A stretch of DNA of 57,125 nt. Source: Kiritimatiellia bacterium (GTDB lineage: Bacteria > Verrucomicrobiota > Kiritimatiellia > RFP12 > UBA1067). Positions within the stretch are counted from its first letter, which is position 1. Each line of letters begins with the position of its first letter. The notes under the pieces were generated by a model that was given only the letters and a program-made list of their open reading frames with translations, searched no databases and was not told the DNA's origin. A program made the translations under genes and the position numbers. The DNA lies in contig DAOTKE010000002.1 in NCBI GenBank assembly GCA_035449085.1, positions 1 through 57,125 on the forward strand, given 5' to 3'. Positions 19,537 through 28,358 of this stretch are shown in pieces.

Positions 19537-20885
19537 TACTTACACACCCTCCGTGACACCCCCTCGGCCTCTCTGAAACGGACCATCGGCCGGATGCGCG
19601 GCACGCCGCCGAGCCGCCCTTGCAGGTAACTCTTGCGCACGTCCTTGTCGTAGCGGATATCCGAATTGAACTCGCTGAACGCCACCAGACTGGACGCGCC
19701 GTGCCGGTCGCGCTCCACCACCCACATCTCGTCACGCCGCAACAGGTCCTGATCCATCAGCAGCACGTCATGCGTGGTCAGCAGCACCTGCGCCCGGCTC
19801 TCGGCGCCGCAACAGTCGAGGTATGCCTCCATCAACTGCCGGGTCAAAAGCGCATGCAAGCTGCGGTCCAGCTCGTCGATCACGAACACCTTCTTCGCGC
19901 CCAAAGCCGAGGCTCCCAGGAAAGCCGGCAAGAGGTCGATGACGCGCTGCGAACCGTCCGACTCGCTGGCCATGTCGAACTTCACATCGCCCCCGCCTTT
20001 TTTTGCATGGTACGTCACCAACTTGCGGGCAGATAGCTCTGCCCCCCGTCGGACCACCACATACCGCTCGTTCAACGGCTCATGCCGGATCCTGATCGTT
20101 CCGCCGTCGGGCAGTTCTTTCTGGATCTTCTCCCGCAGGTCATCCGGAATCGGTATGTTCGCGAACGGCAGCTCGTCCCCCCCCAGATGGCTGATCCCCG
20201 TGTCCAAAGCCGGCAACAGCTTGTTCATGGTCTCGCAAAGGGGCGAATTCTCATCCAAAAACAGTTCGAACGGGTCAAACCGCGTGTCCGGTGCAACCAG
20301 TTCCAGAGCATCCTTGAACCAGAGGTAAACAGGCCTGAACTGCGGCCCCTTCTGCAGGACCGAATTCGTCAGGAAAAGCTGGTTGTCCTGCGTGCCCTTG
20401 AAGGCGAACTCCAGAAACTTCTTGTCCACCAGCGCAGACGCGAAGTCCACTTTCCCGTCCTTGCGGTGGTAGAGCACCTTGTCGGCCGTGCGCCCCATCC
20501 TCACGAGTTTCTCCTCGATCACGGTCTTCGCCGTGACCGCGAAACTGAACTCGTACATCACTTCTTCGACAAGAATCTGGAACAGGAACCGGCACGGACG
20601 CCGGGCCGCATCGTCGTCGAGCCTGAACGGCTGGACAGCAATGGGAACCTCCGGTTGGGTGCCTTTGACAACCAGTTCCTTCGCGAAGTGGATCGCCTTG
20701 AAGAAATTCGACTTGCCCGAGGCGTTGCCGCCGTAGAACGCCGCGATCGGCAACACTTTGGCCGGAAAGTACTTCGGCAAACGCGTGATGCGTTCGCTAT
20801 GCTGCCGCTCCTTGCTCGCCAGCATCGTAAACACAGCCCGGTCCCGGAAAGACATCCAGTTCTCGACCTCGACTCTGACCAACAT
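19536..20885 (-). CDS. AAA/ABC-type ATPase (AAA_21/RloA/AbiLi-like)
   Basis: Start MLVRVEVENWMSF with GAGGTG 4-5 nt upstream. Walker A GGNASGKSNF. Walker B/D-loop region VFVIDELDRSLHALL. The ORF track start 20987 is probably too long. Confidence 0.85.
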   Translation of the reverse strand: MLVRVEVENWMSFRDRAVFTMLASKERQHSERITRLPKYFPAKVLPIAAFYGGNASGKSNFFKAIHFAKELVVKGTQPEVPIAVQPFRLDDDAARRPCRFLFQILVEEVMYEFSFAVTAKTVIEEKLVRMGRTADKVLYHRKDGKVDFASALVDKKFLEFAFKGTQDNQLFLTNSVLQKGPQFRPVYLWFKDALELVAPDTRFDPFELFLDENSPLCETMNKLLPALDTGISHLGGDELPFANIPIPDDLREKIQKELPDGGTIRIRHEPLNERYVVVRRGAELSARKLVTYHAKKGGGDVKFDMASESDGSQRVIDLLPAFLGASALGAKKVFVIDELDRSLHALLTRQLMEAYLDCCGAESRAQVLLTTHDVLLMDQDLLRRDEMWVVERDRHGASSLVAFSEFNSDIRYDKDVRKSYLQGRLGGVPRIRPMVRFREAEGVSRRVCK

Positions 20886-21119
20886 ATCCCACCTCACATG
20901 ACTCAATAAGCCCGATGTTTGACCGTGAATATACTGCTTTTTCTCAAAATTGTCCGTTCCAAAGAGATAATATCTCATTAACAGCAACTTTTTGCATTTC
21001 GCGGTAAAGTTGTTTTTGAAAATCCGTACTCAGTATGCAACAAGAGTCTGACCTGTTCATCAACCGAACCTCGTGGTTTGGTTTGATAGGGTCGCAACAA
21101 GACAAAAAGAGGAGTAGAA

Positions 21120-21323
21120 ATGACAGTACCGAACGAAAGAAAGCTACCCGGTCTAGAATCAAAATATGCCGCGAATGACAGACCATCGGGGTTCACCGAC
21201 CCCGAAGAAGTGTGGTACTTCTTCTACGGCAATAAGTTGCCGCAGGAGTTCGGCGAGACGCTCAGCAATGACGCGAAGCACGGCCACCTCGTGCTTCTGA
21301 CCGAGCGCTCTGTTTCCGACTAG
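21120..21323 (+). CDS. hypothetical small protein (67 aa)
   Basis: ATG preceded by AAGAGGAG. Divergent from the ATPase gene across an A/T-rich spacer. No recognisable domain. Confidence 0.45.
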   Translation: MTVPNERKLPGLESKYAANDRPSGFTDPEEVWYFFYGNKLPQEFGETLSNDAKHGHLVLLTERSVSD

Positions 21324-21348
21324 CCGGTTGCCGTCAAATAGACGCAGC

Positions 21349-21729
21349 TTAGCGCTTGGTCTCGGGTGCGGATGCCGCTTTCTTGGCAAGGTCTTTCCGC
21401 TGGGCTTGCCTGCCGTTGATGAAAGCGTATACGAGACTTCCGATCAGCGTTGTTGCCAGAATGCCGGCAACAGCCTCAGCACCGTGTACAGCCATGTAAG
21501 CGCAAACCAGCAGCCCCACAACCGCTATGACGAAGGCCAGAATCTGGCCGGTTTGGGACTGTCGCTGCTGACTGGAAACAACGATGCTCTCGATCCGGAT
21601 ACGATGCTCCTGCTGGTGTTCAACCAGCTTAAGCAAGCGGTCGGCGCCATCCGGAATGATCTCGTTGTACTTGGCAAGCGCTTCAGGCGGCGGAAGCGGC
21701 CCCATCTTTAATTCTTGGCGAACGATCAA
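21349..21729 (-). CDS. DUF2335-like membrane protein
   Basis: GPLPPPEALAKYNEIIPDGADRLLKLVEHQQEHR, followed by two TM helices. Start is either TTG 21729 or ATG 21705. The N-terminus may be truncated. Confidence 0.65.
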   Translation of the reverse strand: MIVRQELKMGPLPPPEALAKYNEIIPDGADRLLKLVEHQQEHRIRIESIVVSSQQRQSQTGQILAFVIAVVGLLVCAYMAVHGAEAVAGILATTLIGSLVYAFINGRQAQRKDLAKKAASAPETKR

Positions 21730-21828
21730 GGCCGAGCCGTTCCCGTTAGAACCGCGGTCGGGCTACATGCGTTGCGGCGTTCCGACTGGTGTCTGGTTTC
21801 GGCGGTGTTCTCCCATGCCTCAAATCCT

Positions 21829-22056
21829 TCACTTCGCGGCAGAAGCAATCTTTTCTGGGGGCATGGACTCCATGACAACAGCGAAATCACTGGCTACAAC
21901 AGCCACGTCGTTACGTAGAGCGCGGCGGTCCGCTTCTTCCGGACTGTGCGAGCGATTGTACAAGAAATAGTCTCCTCCAACCGCAAGAACGCTGCCAACG
22001 CCAGTTAAGAAACTGGACGTCGGAACGAGAAAATCTGTAAATGCGGTCTTACCCAT
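21829..22056 (-). CDS. hypothetical small protein (75 aa)
   Basis: ATG 22056 with AAGAGGTG upstream. Sequence MGKTAFTDFLVPTSSFLTGVGSVL... No domain assigned. Confidence 0.45.
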   Translation of the reverse strand: MGKTAFTDFLVPTSSFLTGVGSVLAVGGDYFLYNRSHSPEEADRRALRNDVAVVASDFAVVMESMPPEKIASAAK

Positions 22057-22143
22057 AGGAAACACCTCTTTCAGTAAATCACCGTGATTTTATTACAGGG
22101 GTGTCGGTCAACGCAAGCGGCAATTTGACCGCGCGCAAGCCCG

Positions 22144-22950
22144 GTGAAGTGCAAAATAAAACGCACGCTTTTGGAAAAACAGAAAAAAGGGTGTATGGGT
22201 GAGAGGAAGCCCCGGGGTCCGGGAAGCCCGGAGGGCTTTCCGGGGGGGCTGACGCAGCCATGCCCCCAGGGGCGTCGGCCCGAGAAAAAGGAGTGCCCCA
22301 AGGGCCGGATTTTGGTTCTTGGGAAACACCGCTCTTCGGTCAGCCGCGAATACCGCAGGGGGAAGACCGTGAACCGGGACAGCCAGTTGAGGGAGTTCCC
22401 AGTCTATTCGGCCCAGAAAGCGCAGGAGGCCGCGGGCCAAGCGGCCCTGAACAAGGGGCCCCGCCCGCGGCTGACCACGGGAATCGCCGAACGGATCCGT
22501 GACCTGATCCTGCGGGAGCGCCTGTCGCCGTACGCCGCCGTCATGAGACTGCGCGCGTGCGGTGACCTGCCGTGGGTGCCGTGCGAACGGTCGGTCTACT
22601 ATGCGCTCGACGACGGCCTGATCGGCGTGGCCAGGTCGCAGCTGCCCTACAGGCCGGCGGGCAAACGGCGCAAACGGTCGGGCGTGCGCATGGCCTACAC
22701 CAACGCCAGGGGCAGGCCCATCACCGAACGCCCCCCGGGCGCTGAGGACCGGAGCGAGTACGGGCACTGGGAGGCGGATACCGTCCGCATCGTCCGCCGC
22801 TTCATCCCCAAAGGCGCCGACATCTCGAAGTTCACGCGGGCGCAAGTCCAAGCCATCGAGGACTGGATCAACGCCCTGCCGCGCAAAGTGCTCGACGGCC
22901 TTTCCGCCGCGGAGATGGTCAAACGCCACTTCGAGGAGAACGTCGCATGA
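22144..22950 (+). pseudogene. IS30-family transposase remnant with internal deletion of the DDE core
   Basis: N-terminal and linker IS30 landmarks (SSVSREYRRG, YSAQKAQ, GHWEADTV) run directly into the C-terminal landmark RRFIPKGADIS...INALPRKVL. The segment that should carry the 2nd D and the E is missing. No inverted repeats identified. Confidence 0.75.
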
Positions 22951-23051
22951 AGATCGTAGATCCATTCTTCCGACTGCGTGCATTTATTATTGCAAGTCAG
23001 GCCTCTGACTGGAAGTCAAGAGGTTACGACTTGGAACCCGAAACCGCGCCA

Positions 23052-25178
23052 TCAGGATGCCTGCCGCACGATCCGATCCGTCACGAGCTTGCGGAAGTCG
23101 GGCGAGAGGTTGGCGAAGTAGGCCGTGAAGCCGGTCACGCGCACGATCAGATCGGGAAACGCCTCTGGATTTTTGCTCGCCTCCAGGATCTGCTGCGCGT
23201 CCACGATGTTGATGTTCATGAGCGTCCCGCCCATCGCGAAATGCGAGCGGATCAGCGCTTTCAGGCAGGATGCCGCCTGCGCGTTGTCCAGACTCCCGAA
23301 GTCCACTTCCAACTGCAGCGGCGCGGTGTTGCCGTATCCCGGCTGCACGGACGCCACCGCCGCGGCCATCGCCGTGACCGCCCCGTCACGCCGGAAGCCG
23401 ACGCTGGGATTCGCGCCCTGCGAGATCGGCTCGCCCGCATACCGACCGTTCGGCAACGCACCCACGCTCTTGCCGAGACGCACCGTGTCCGCCCACGAGA
23501 AGAGCCCCGGGATCAAGACGATCGGCTTGACGAACGGAATGTTTTTGGCCTCCGCCCGCACCTTGTCGCTGAAGTCGCGCGTGATCCGCTGCGCCCAAGC
23601 GTCGCCGCGCTCGGAATTGCCGAATTTATCCGACAGCGACAACAGCTTTTGCATCTGCGGCGCGTCTTTGAAATTGCGCTCGGTCGCGCGGAACACATCG
23701 TCGAAGGTCAGGAGCCTCTCGCGCTCGACCCGCTGCTCCAAAGCGGCGAACGAGTCCGCCACGGTCGCCAGTGCCGCGCCGTCGATTGCGAGGTTGTAGT
23801 ACTGCGCCCCGCCATGCGAGGCGTCCAAGCCCGTCTCGATCGGACCGACCGACAGCAGGTTCAGCATGAGTTCCGGTTCGTTTTCCCACTGGTGCGCCAG
23901 ATGGAAGGCGATCCCTTGCCCCGTGATGCGGATGGCTTCCTGCAAGTGCGCCGAAAACGCCTGATACAATGCTTCGGTCGAGGCGTACTGCTTCTCTTTC
24001 CATGCGACCTCGAACACCTTGGCGAAGTTCACCTTGATCAGGTCGTTCATGCAGTACTCGAGCCCCGGCAGGCTCATCCAGTTGCAGCCCAGCGCGATCC
24101 GCCGCCGGGCCAACTCAATGGGATAGCCGTTCTTGACGAAACCGCTGCACAGCGCCGCATCGCCTGAGAAACGCGGGAAGGACTGCCGCTCTTCCACCAG
24201 GCAACGCACGCCTTCGTCGAGCAGCTTTTCCGGTAGACCGTCATGCACACGGATGGTGATGTTGCAGGTGCTTTTCAGCAGCCGCGCCGCCTTCAGAATC
24301 AGATACGACAATTCACAGGTCTGATCGGCCCCGCTCTCGTCAGGCCCACCGATCTGATAGTAGTGCGGATCGTTGAGCAAGAGGCAGAAGAGATAGAAAA
24401 CCGCGTCGTCATCGTCAATCAGCCCTGCGGCTTTGTCTCTCTCATAGTAGGGCCGCAGAAGCGTATCCAACTGCCCGCCGGCACCGTCGCGGTTATAGGT
24501 GCGCGAGGCGATATTGAACCATGCGATCCATTGGCACGCCTCGCGCATCGTTTGCGGCGGCTGCTCGATCAAGCGCGCGTTGATACACGCCAGTTCGGCC
24601 AGTCCCCGTTCCCGCGCTTCCCGCGCCGTGCGCCGGATCAGATCCTGCACACCGAGAATCGCGTCCTCCTCGGCCCGATAAAGGTCTAGACTCTCTGGGT
24701 TCGACGGCGGTGTCTGCGCGAGCCGGTCACGCACCTTGGCCAAAAGCCCGCCCCAACCGAGCCTCAGCCCGATAGAGTAGTCCGGCGCAAAGTGGGCATC
24801 CTTTCCGATGCCCGGCGTGATATCGTACTTGATCTGCCCGGGACGCAGATGACTGTAGTCAAAACCGAACGGCGACAGCTCCAGCCGATAGTGCGCGCGC
24901 ATACGCGACAGCATGAACATCCACCGCCCCGCCAGCGCGTCATTGGGATCGATGTAGACCGGATGGTGCTCCATCAGATAGCGGAAATTCGTGCCCCACG
25001 CCCGCACACCGTGAAATGAGCCGTTGTCGTCGATACAGGGCAGGGTCAGCTTCAGCGACTCCGGCGGCAGCACCCAGCCATAGTCGTCCTCGTCCATCGC
25101 GCCCAGGCGGCGGCGTTTCTCCTCAGTCTGCCGCAACTTCGCTTCGCGCAAACGCTGGATCTGTTCTGCGTATTTCAT
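23052..25178 (-). CDS. glycyl radical enzyme (PFL2/dehydratase-like fold), divergent
   Basis: 708 aa. C-terminal glycyl radical motif IVRVTGFTAYF (G683). Cys loop ALGCNWMSLPG (C365). Also FPRFSGD and ALPNGRYAGEP. Confidence 0.88.
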   Translation of the reverse strand: MKYAEQIQRLREAKLRQTEEKRRRLGAMDEDDYGWVLPPESLKLTLPCIDDNGSFHGVRAWGTNFRYLMEHHPVYIDPNDALAGRWMFMLSRMRAHYRLELSPFGFDYSHLRPGQIKYDITPGIGKDAHFAPDYSIGLRLGWGGLLAKVRDRLAQTPPSNPESLDLYRAEEDAILGVQDLIRRTAREARERGLAELACINARLIEQPPQTMREACQWIAWFNIASRTYNRDGAGGQLDTLLRPYYERDKAAGLIDDDDAVFYLFCLLLNDPHYYQIGGPDESGADQTCELSYLILKAARLLKSTCNITIRVHDGLPEKLLDEGVRCLVEERQSFPRFSGDAALCSGFVKNGYPIELARRRIALGCNWMSLPGLEYCMNDLIKVNFAKVFEVAWKEKQYASTEALYQAFSAHLQEAIRITGQGIAFHLAHQWENEPELMLNLLSVGPIETGLDASHGGAQYYNLAIDGAALATVADSFAALEQRVERERLLTFDDVFRATERNFKDAPQMQKLLSLSDKFGNSERGDAWAQRITRDFSDKVRAEAKNIPFVKPIVLIPGLFSWADTVRLGKSVGALPNGRYAGEPISQGANPSVGFRRDGAVTAMAAAVASVQPGYGNTAPLQLEVDFGSLDNAQAASCLKALIRSHFAMGGTLMNINIVDAQQILEASKNPEAFPDLIVRVTGFTAYFANLSPDFRKLVTDRIVRQAS

Positions 25179-25987
25179 ACTCTTTCCCCATCCACAAACA
25201 GCGGCATGCCCGCATCACGGACGATTCGGCGCAGGTGCTTCATGCGCTCGTCCGAAGGCGCTTGAAACGAAGGCACCTCGCGGCCCAAGGCAGCGTACTT
25301 CTCCTGGCCTAAAGGTTGATACCGCAGTAACTCGTAATACATCAACGTCTTCAGCGGCTTCAGCCGCTCGACAATCTGCGCGATGTTCGCGTCATCGTCG
25401 TTCACCCCCGCAACCAACGGCGTGCGGATGATCAGCGGAAGCCGTGCCGTTTGCACAGCGGCAAAGTTTTTCAAAATCAGCTCATTGGACACGCCCGTCG
25501 CGCGGCGGTGGCGTTCGGGATCAGCCAGCTTCAGATCCGCCATCAGTATGGACAGCAACGGAAGCACCTTCGCCAGCACTTCAGTCGGCACATGCAGGCT
25601 CGTCTCGATGGCGGCGGGGATCGCTTCCGCCCGGCACCTCTCCAGCAAAGCCAGCAGAAAATCCGGCTGACAGCAGGGCTCGCCGCCGGAGACCGTCACG
25701 CCGCCTTCCGGCGCGTAGAACGGCCGATCCTTGAGGATGACCGTCATGACCTCTTCCACCGTCCGCGCTGTGGATGTCAGGCTGCGCGCGCCGAAGCGGC
25801 ACCGCTCGGCATGCTCCGCCGAACCGCCGCATGCCCCGCAGCCCATGCACCGACTTGGATAAAACAGCGGGACGGGGCGTGCTGTCCACGTCTCAGGATT
25901 GTGACACCACGCGCAACGCAGCGGGCATCCCTGCAAGAACACGACCGTACGGATACCCGGACCGTCGTGGAACGAGCCCCGCACCAT
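25175..25987 (-). CDS. glycyl radical enzyme activating enzyme (radical SAM)
   Basis: GIRTVVFLQGCPLRCAWCHNPE (CxxxCxxC), extra Cys cluster CMGCGAC, GGEP motif. Its stop overlaps the GRE start (ATGA). Confidence 0.9.
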   Translation of the reverse strand: MVRGSFHDGPGIRTVVFLQGCPLRCAWCHNPETWTARPVPLFYPSRCMGCGACGGSAEHAERCRFGARSLTSTARTVEEVMTVILKDRPFYAPEGGVTVSGGEPCCQPDFLLALLERCRAEAIPAAIETSLHVPTEVLAKVLPLLSILMADLKLADPERHRRATGVSNELILKNFAAVQTARLPLIIRTPLVAGVNDDDANIAQIVERLKPLKTLMYYELLRYQPLGQEKYAALGREVPSFQAPSDERMKHLRRIVRDAGMPLFVDGERV

Positions 25988-26010
25988 GTCTGTCACCCAT
26001 CCCGTCACTG

Positions 26011-27195
26011 CTACGCCTCCACGGCCTTGGGGTCTTTCCCGCCGATGCCGAACAGGATGCAGGCGACCAGCGCGATCAACGCGCCCCACCCCCAAATCGC
26101 CGCCCAGTCGTACAGTTGGTCCCCCTCGCCTCGATAGGCATCACCGACAAAGCCCGCGAGTTGCGCGCCCAGGAACATGCCCACCCCGAAAATCAGCATT
26201 GAAATGAAGCTCTGGGCGCGTGCGCTCATGGCCGACGGCACCAGCCGCGCCGCATAAATGGACGCTCCTGTGACCACCAATCCATACGAAAGACCGTGAA
26301 GCAGAAGCCCCGCGATCACGACCGGTCCGTGCATACTGCCGAACGCGAAGAACCGAAGCGCCCAGACGGCCATGCCGATCATCAGAATCCGCTTCAAGCC
26401 GAGCTTGGCAATGAACCACGGCAACACGATCATCGTCAGCAATTCCGAGATCTGGCACAGCGTCATCAGCGCCGTCGGCTTCGGCATCTTGATCTCGGCC
26501 AGAAACGCATTGGTCCACGTCGTGTAGAAGGTCTTGGAGATCGTGACCAGCGGAATCGATACGGCAAACACAAGAAAAGCGGGGTCCTTCAGCAGCTTAA
26601 CGGCGGTCAGGCCGAAGATGTCCCGGCCCTCCTTGCCGGCCCCTCGCGGCGGCGTATGCGGCAGGGTCAGACAGTACACGGCCAGCACGGCCTGGGCGCC
26701 GGCAGCCAGATAAAAGAAAGCGCCGTCTTTCTCCCCGAAAAAGAACCCGACCATCAGTCCTGCGACGATCCATCCGGTCGTGCCGCCGATCATGAACCAT
26801 GAAAAACGCTCCGACTTGTCAATGTGGCGGAACACCAGATTGTTGCACAGGGACAGCGTCGGCATATAGCAGAGCGCATCGATGACGATCAGCGTCATGA
26901 GTGCCGGGAATGTGGTCTGCTGCGGCGCGAGACAGTGACAGACCGCCCCCGCCAGATGCAGCGCGGCGAGCAGGCGTTCCGTGGCAAAGAAGCGGTCCGC
27001 CACATAGCCGAGGAACAGCGGCGAGATCAGTGCGCCCAGCGCGGAGGCGCCGCAGATCCAGCCGATCTGTGCGCCGGTGAACGCCAGCGTGGCATTCATG
27101 TAACTGCTGATCGGAACAATCCACGCGCCCCAGATAAAGAACTCCAGGAACATCAACGCCATCAGCCGCAAATAATTGACCGGGGTGTTTGACAT
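26011..27195 (-). CDS. MFS transporter, nucleoside:H+ symporter (NupG/XapB/YegT)-like
   Basis: 12-TM pattern. The N-terminus LRLMALMFLEFFIWGAW...SYM...GAQIGW closely follows the NupG-family pattern. ATG 27195 lies 4 nt after the upstream stop. Confidence 0.82.
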   Translation of the reverse strand: MSNTPVNYLRLMALMFLEFFIWGAWIVPISSYMNATLAFTGAQIGWICGASALGALISPLFLGYVADRFFATERLLAALHLAGAVCHCLAPQQTTFPALMTLIVIDALCYMPTLSLCNNLVFRHIDKSERFSWFMIGGTTGWIVAGLMVGFFFGEKDGAFFYLAAGAQAVLAVYCLTLPHTPPRGAGKEGRDIFGLTAVKLLKDPAFLVFAVSIPLVTISKTFYTTWTNAFLAEIKMPKPTALMTLCQISELLTMIVLPWFIAKLGLKRILMIGMAVWALRFFAFGSMHGPVVIAGLLLHGLSYGLVVTGASIYAARLVPSAMSARAQSFISMLIFGVGMFLGAQLAGFVGDAYRGEGDQLYDWAAIWGWGALIALVACILFGIGGKDPKAVEA

Positions 27196-27199
27196 GTGA

Positions 27200-28330
27200 T
27201 CACCCCACGGTCGGATCGTTGACGGTCTCCACACGTCCGCTCGCCGCAGAGCGCAGGCCCGCGTCAAACGCCGCCGTCATCTCGAGATTGAAATCCGCGC
27301 GCAGCGTCTCATGCACCGGCTCCCCGGTTTCAAGATGATGGATAAACGCTTCGGCCAGCGTGGCGCGCCCCTTCGGCAGGGGCTCCGCCTCGAAGATTTC
27401 AACCTCATGACCGGCTCCGCGCGTGAGCTGCACCACCGGTTTCTCGCCGTAGATTTCAAAGGAGAGCGCGCCGGTCGAGCCGAAGAGCATCAGGGGCCCG
27501 GCGGTGAGGAACGTCTTGCCCAAGGTCGTCCATGAACCTTGCGCGACAGCGATGGCGCCCGGGAAACGCACGAGCATCACGCCGTTGTCGTCGGCGTCGC
27601 ACCATGCGCTGTCCAGATTGGCGCGCAGGCCCTGCGCGGAGACCGCGCGCTCGCCGGTGTACCAGCGGCCGTACATCACGCCGTAGCAGCACAGGTCGAT
27701 CATCGCGCCGCCGCCCGCCGCCTTCTGGTGCAGCCAGATCGCGGCGCGTTCCTTCTCGGTGAGCGGCTCGGCCGATTCGCTGACGCCCTTATGCGAAGCG
27801 CCCGGCCCGTACGGCCCGGAATGGCCCACGCGGTAATGGATCTCGAGCAACTTCCCGATGGTGCCCGCGTCGATCAGCGCCTTGGCCTTGCGCGCATGGG
27901 GCAGCCAGGTCGCCGGCCAGTTGACGATCAGCGTGGTGCCCGCGCCGCGGCACGCCTTGACCATCCGCTGCGCGTCGTGCAGTGAAATGGCCATCGGCTT
28001 CTCCACGCAGACATGGACGCCCGCGCGGGCGCAGGCCTCGACCACGTCAGGGTGCTGATTGTTTTCGGCATTGATGGCCACGATGTCCAGCTTCTCATGC
28101 GCCAGCATCTCGTGGTAATCCGCGTAGCACTGGGTGATGCCCGTCAGCCGCATGACATTGTTGCGGTTCCACTCGCGCGTGTACGGCACGCTTCGCAACT
28201 CCGGACACAACGGCACCGTGTCCGCGCACGCGACCATTTCCGCCTGCGGATGCGCGGCGAACAGCGACGCCACATGGTTGATGTGCGGATGTGCAAACCC
28301 GATGATTCCGACTCTGTATTTTTTGCCCAT
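27200..28330 (-). CDS. Gfo/Idh/MocA family oxidoreductase
   Basis: N-terminal Rossmann YRVGIIGFAHPHINH and a C-terminal alpha/beta domain typical of the family. Confidence 0.85.
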   Translation of the reverse strand: MGKKYRVGIIGFAHPHINHVASLFAAHPQAEMVACADTVPLCPELRSVPYTREWNRNNVMRLTGITQCYADYHEMLAHEKLDIVAINAENNQHPDVVEACARAGVHVCVEKPMAISLHDAQRMVKACRGAGTTLIVNWPATWLPHARKAKALIDAGTIGKLLEIHYRVGHSGPYGPGASHKGVSESAEPLTEKERAAIWLHQKAAGGGAMIDLCCYGVMYGRWYTGERAVSAQGLRANLDSAWCDADDNGVMLVRFPGAIAVAQGSWTTLGKTFLTAGPLMLFGSTGALSFEIYGEKPVVQLTRGAGHEVEIFEAEPLPKGRATLAEAFIHHLETGEPVHETLRADFNLEMTAAFDAGLRSAASGRVETVNDPTVG

Positions 28331-28358
28331 TTAAAAGCCCTTTCCTGACACCTGTAAC

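Noticed and set aside
22108-22983. 291-aa ORF antisense to the IS30 remnant
   Set aside because: It is an Arg/Pro/Gly-rich shadow ORF. The plus strand carries ordered IS30 landmarks.
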